A stretch of DNA of 64,000 bases from Eledone cirrhosa (Eukaryota). The DNA is taken from the NCBI GenBank assembly GCA_964016885.1, contig OZ024752.1, positions 26,784,001 to 26,848,000 of the forward strand. The letters are read 5' to 3'. Made by a program: the position numbers and the translations under genes. Below, piece after piece: positions 63,928-64,000 of the stretch. Positions within the stretch are counted from its first letter, which is position 1, and each line of letters opens with the position of its first letter. The notes under the pieces were generated by a model. The model worked only from the letters and a program-made list of their open reading frames with translations, made no database searches and was not told the DNA's origin.

Positions 63928-64000
<73 letters not shown>

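Overview
AT-rich, intron-dominated eukaryotic DNA, most likely from an octopod cephalopod (inferred from the tRNA-derived SINE family and the RTE/Penelope/Helitron load). One host gene runs on the minus strand across most of the window: an inter-alpha-trypsin-inhibitor heavy chain (ITIH)-like gene with VIT, VWA and the start of a C-terminal domain, reconstructed by hand from 15 GT-AG exons between 57317 and 11805. The start exon and last exons were not found. Its linker is built from frame-preserving phase-1 cassette exons: one of 75 nt, two 27-nt microexons, and four identical 69-nt exons carried by a 4-unit, ~3.3-3.6 kb tandem array that has a SINE at every junction. The window also holds a full-length but frameshifted Helitron (about 3756-9682, just beyond the last exon found), several RTE LINEs, a CRE-like element, many SINEs, MITEs and (TA)n/(TG)n microsatellites. 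Penelope-like pieces carry at least six clear minimal type I hammerhead ribozyme motifs, including a U3-A8 core variant in tandem and inverted arrangements. Most ORFs in the supplied track are microsatellite or antisense artefacts. All coordinates and alignments were read by eye.
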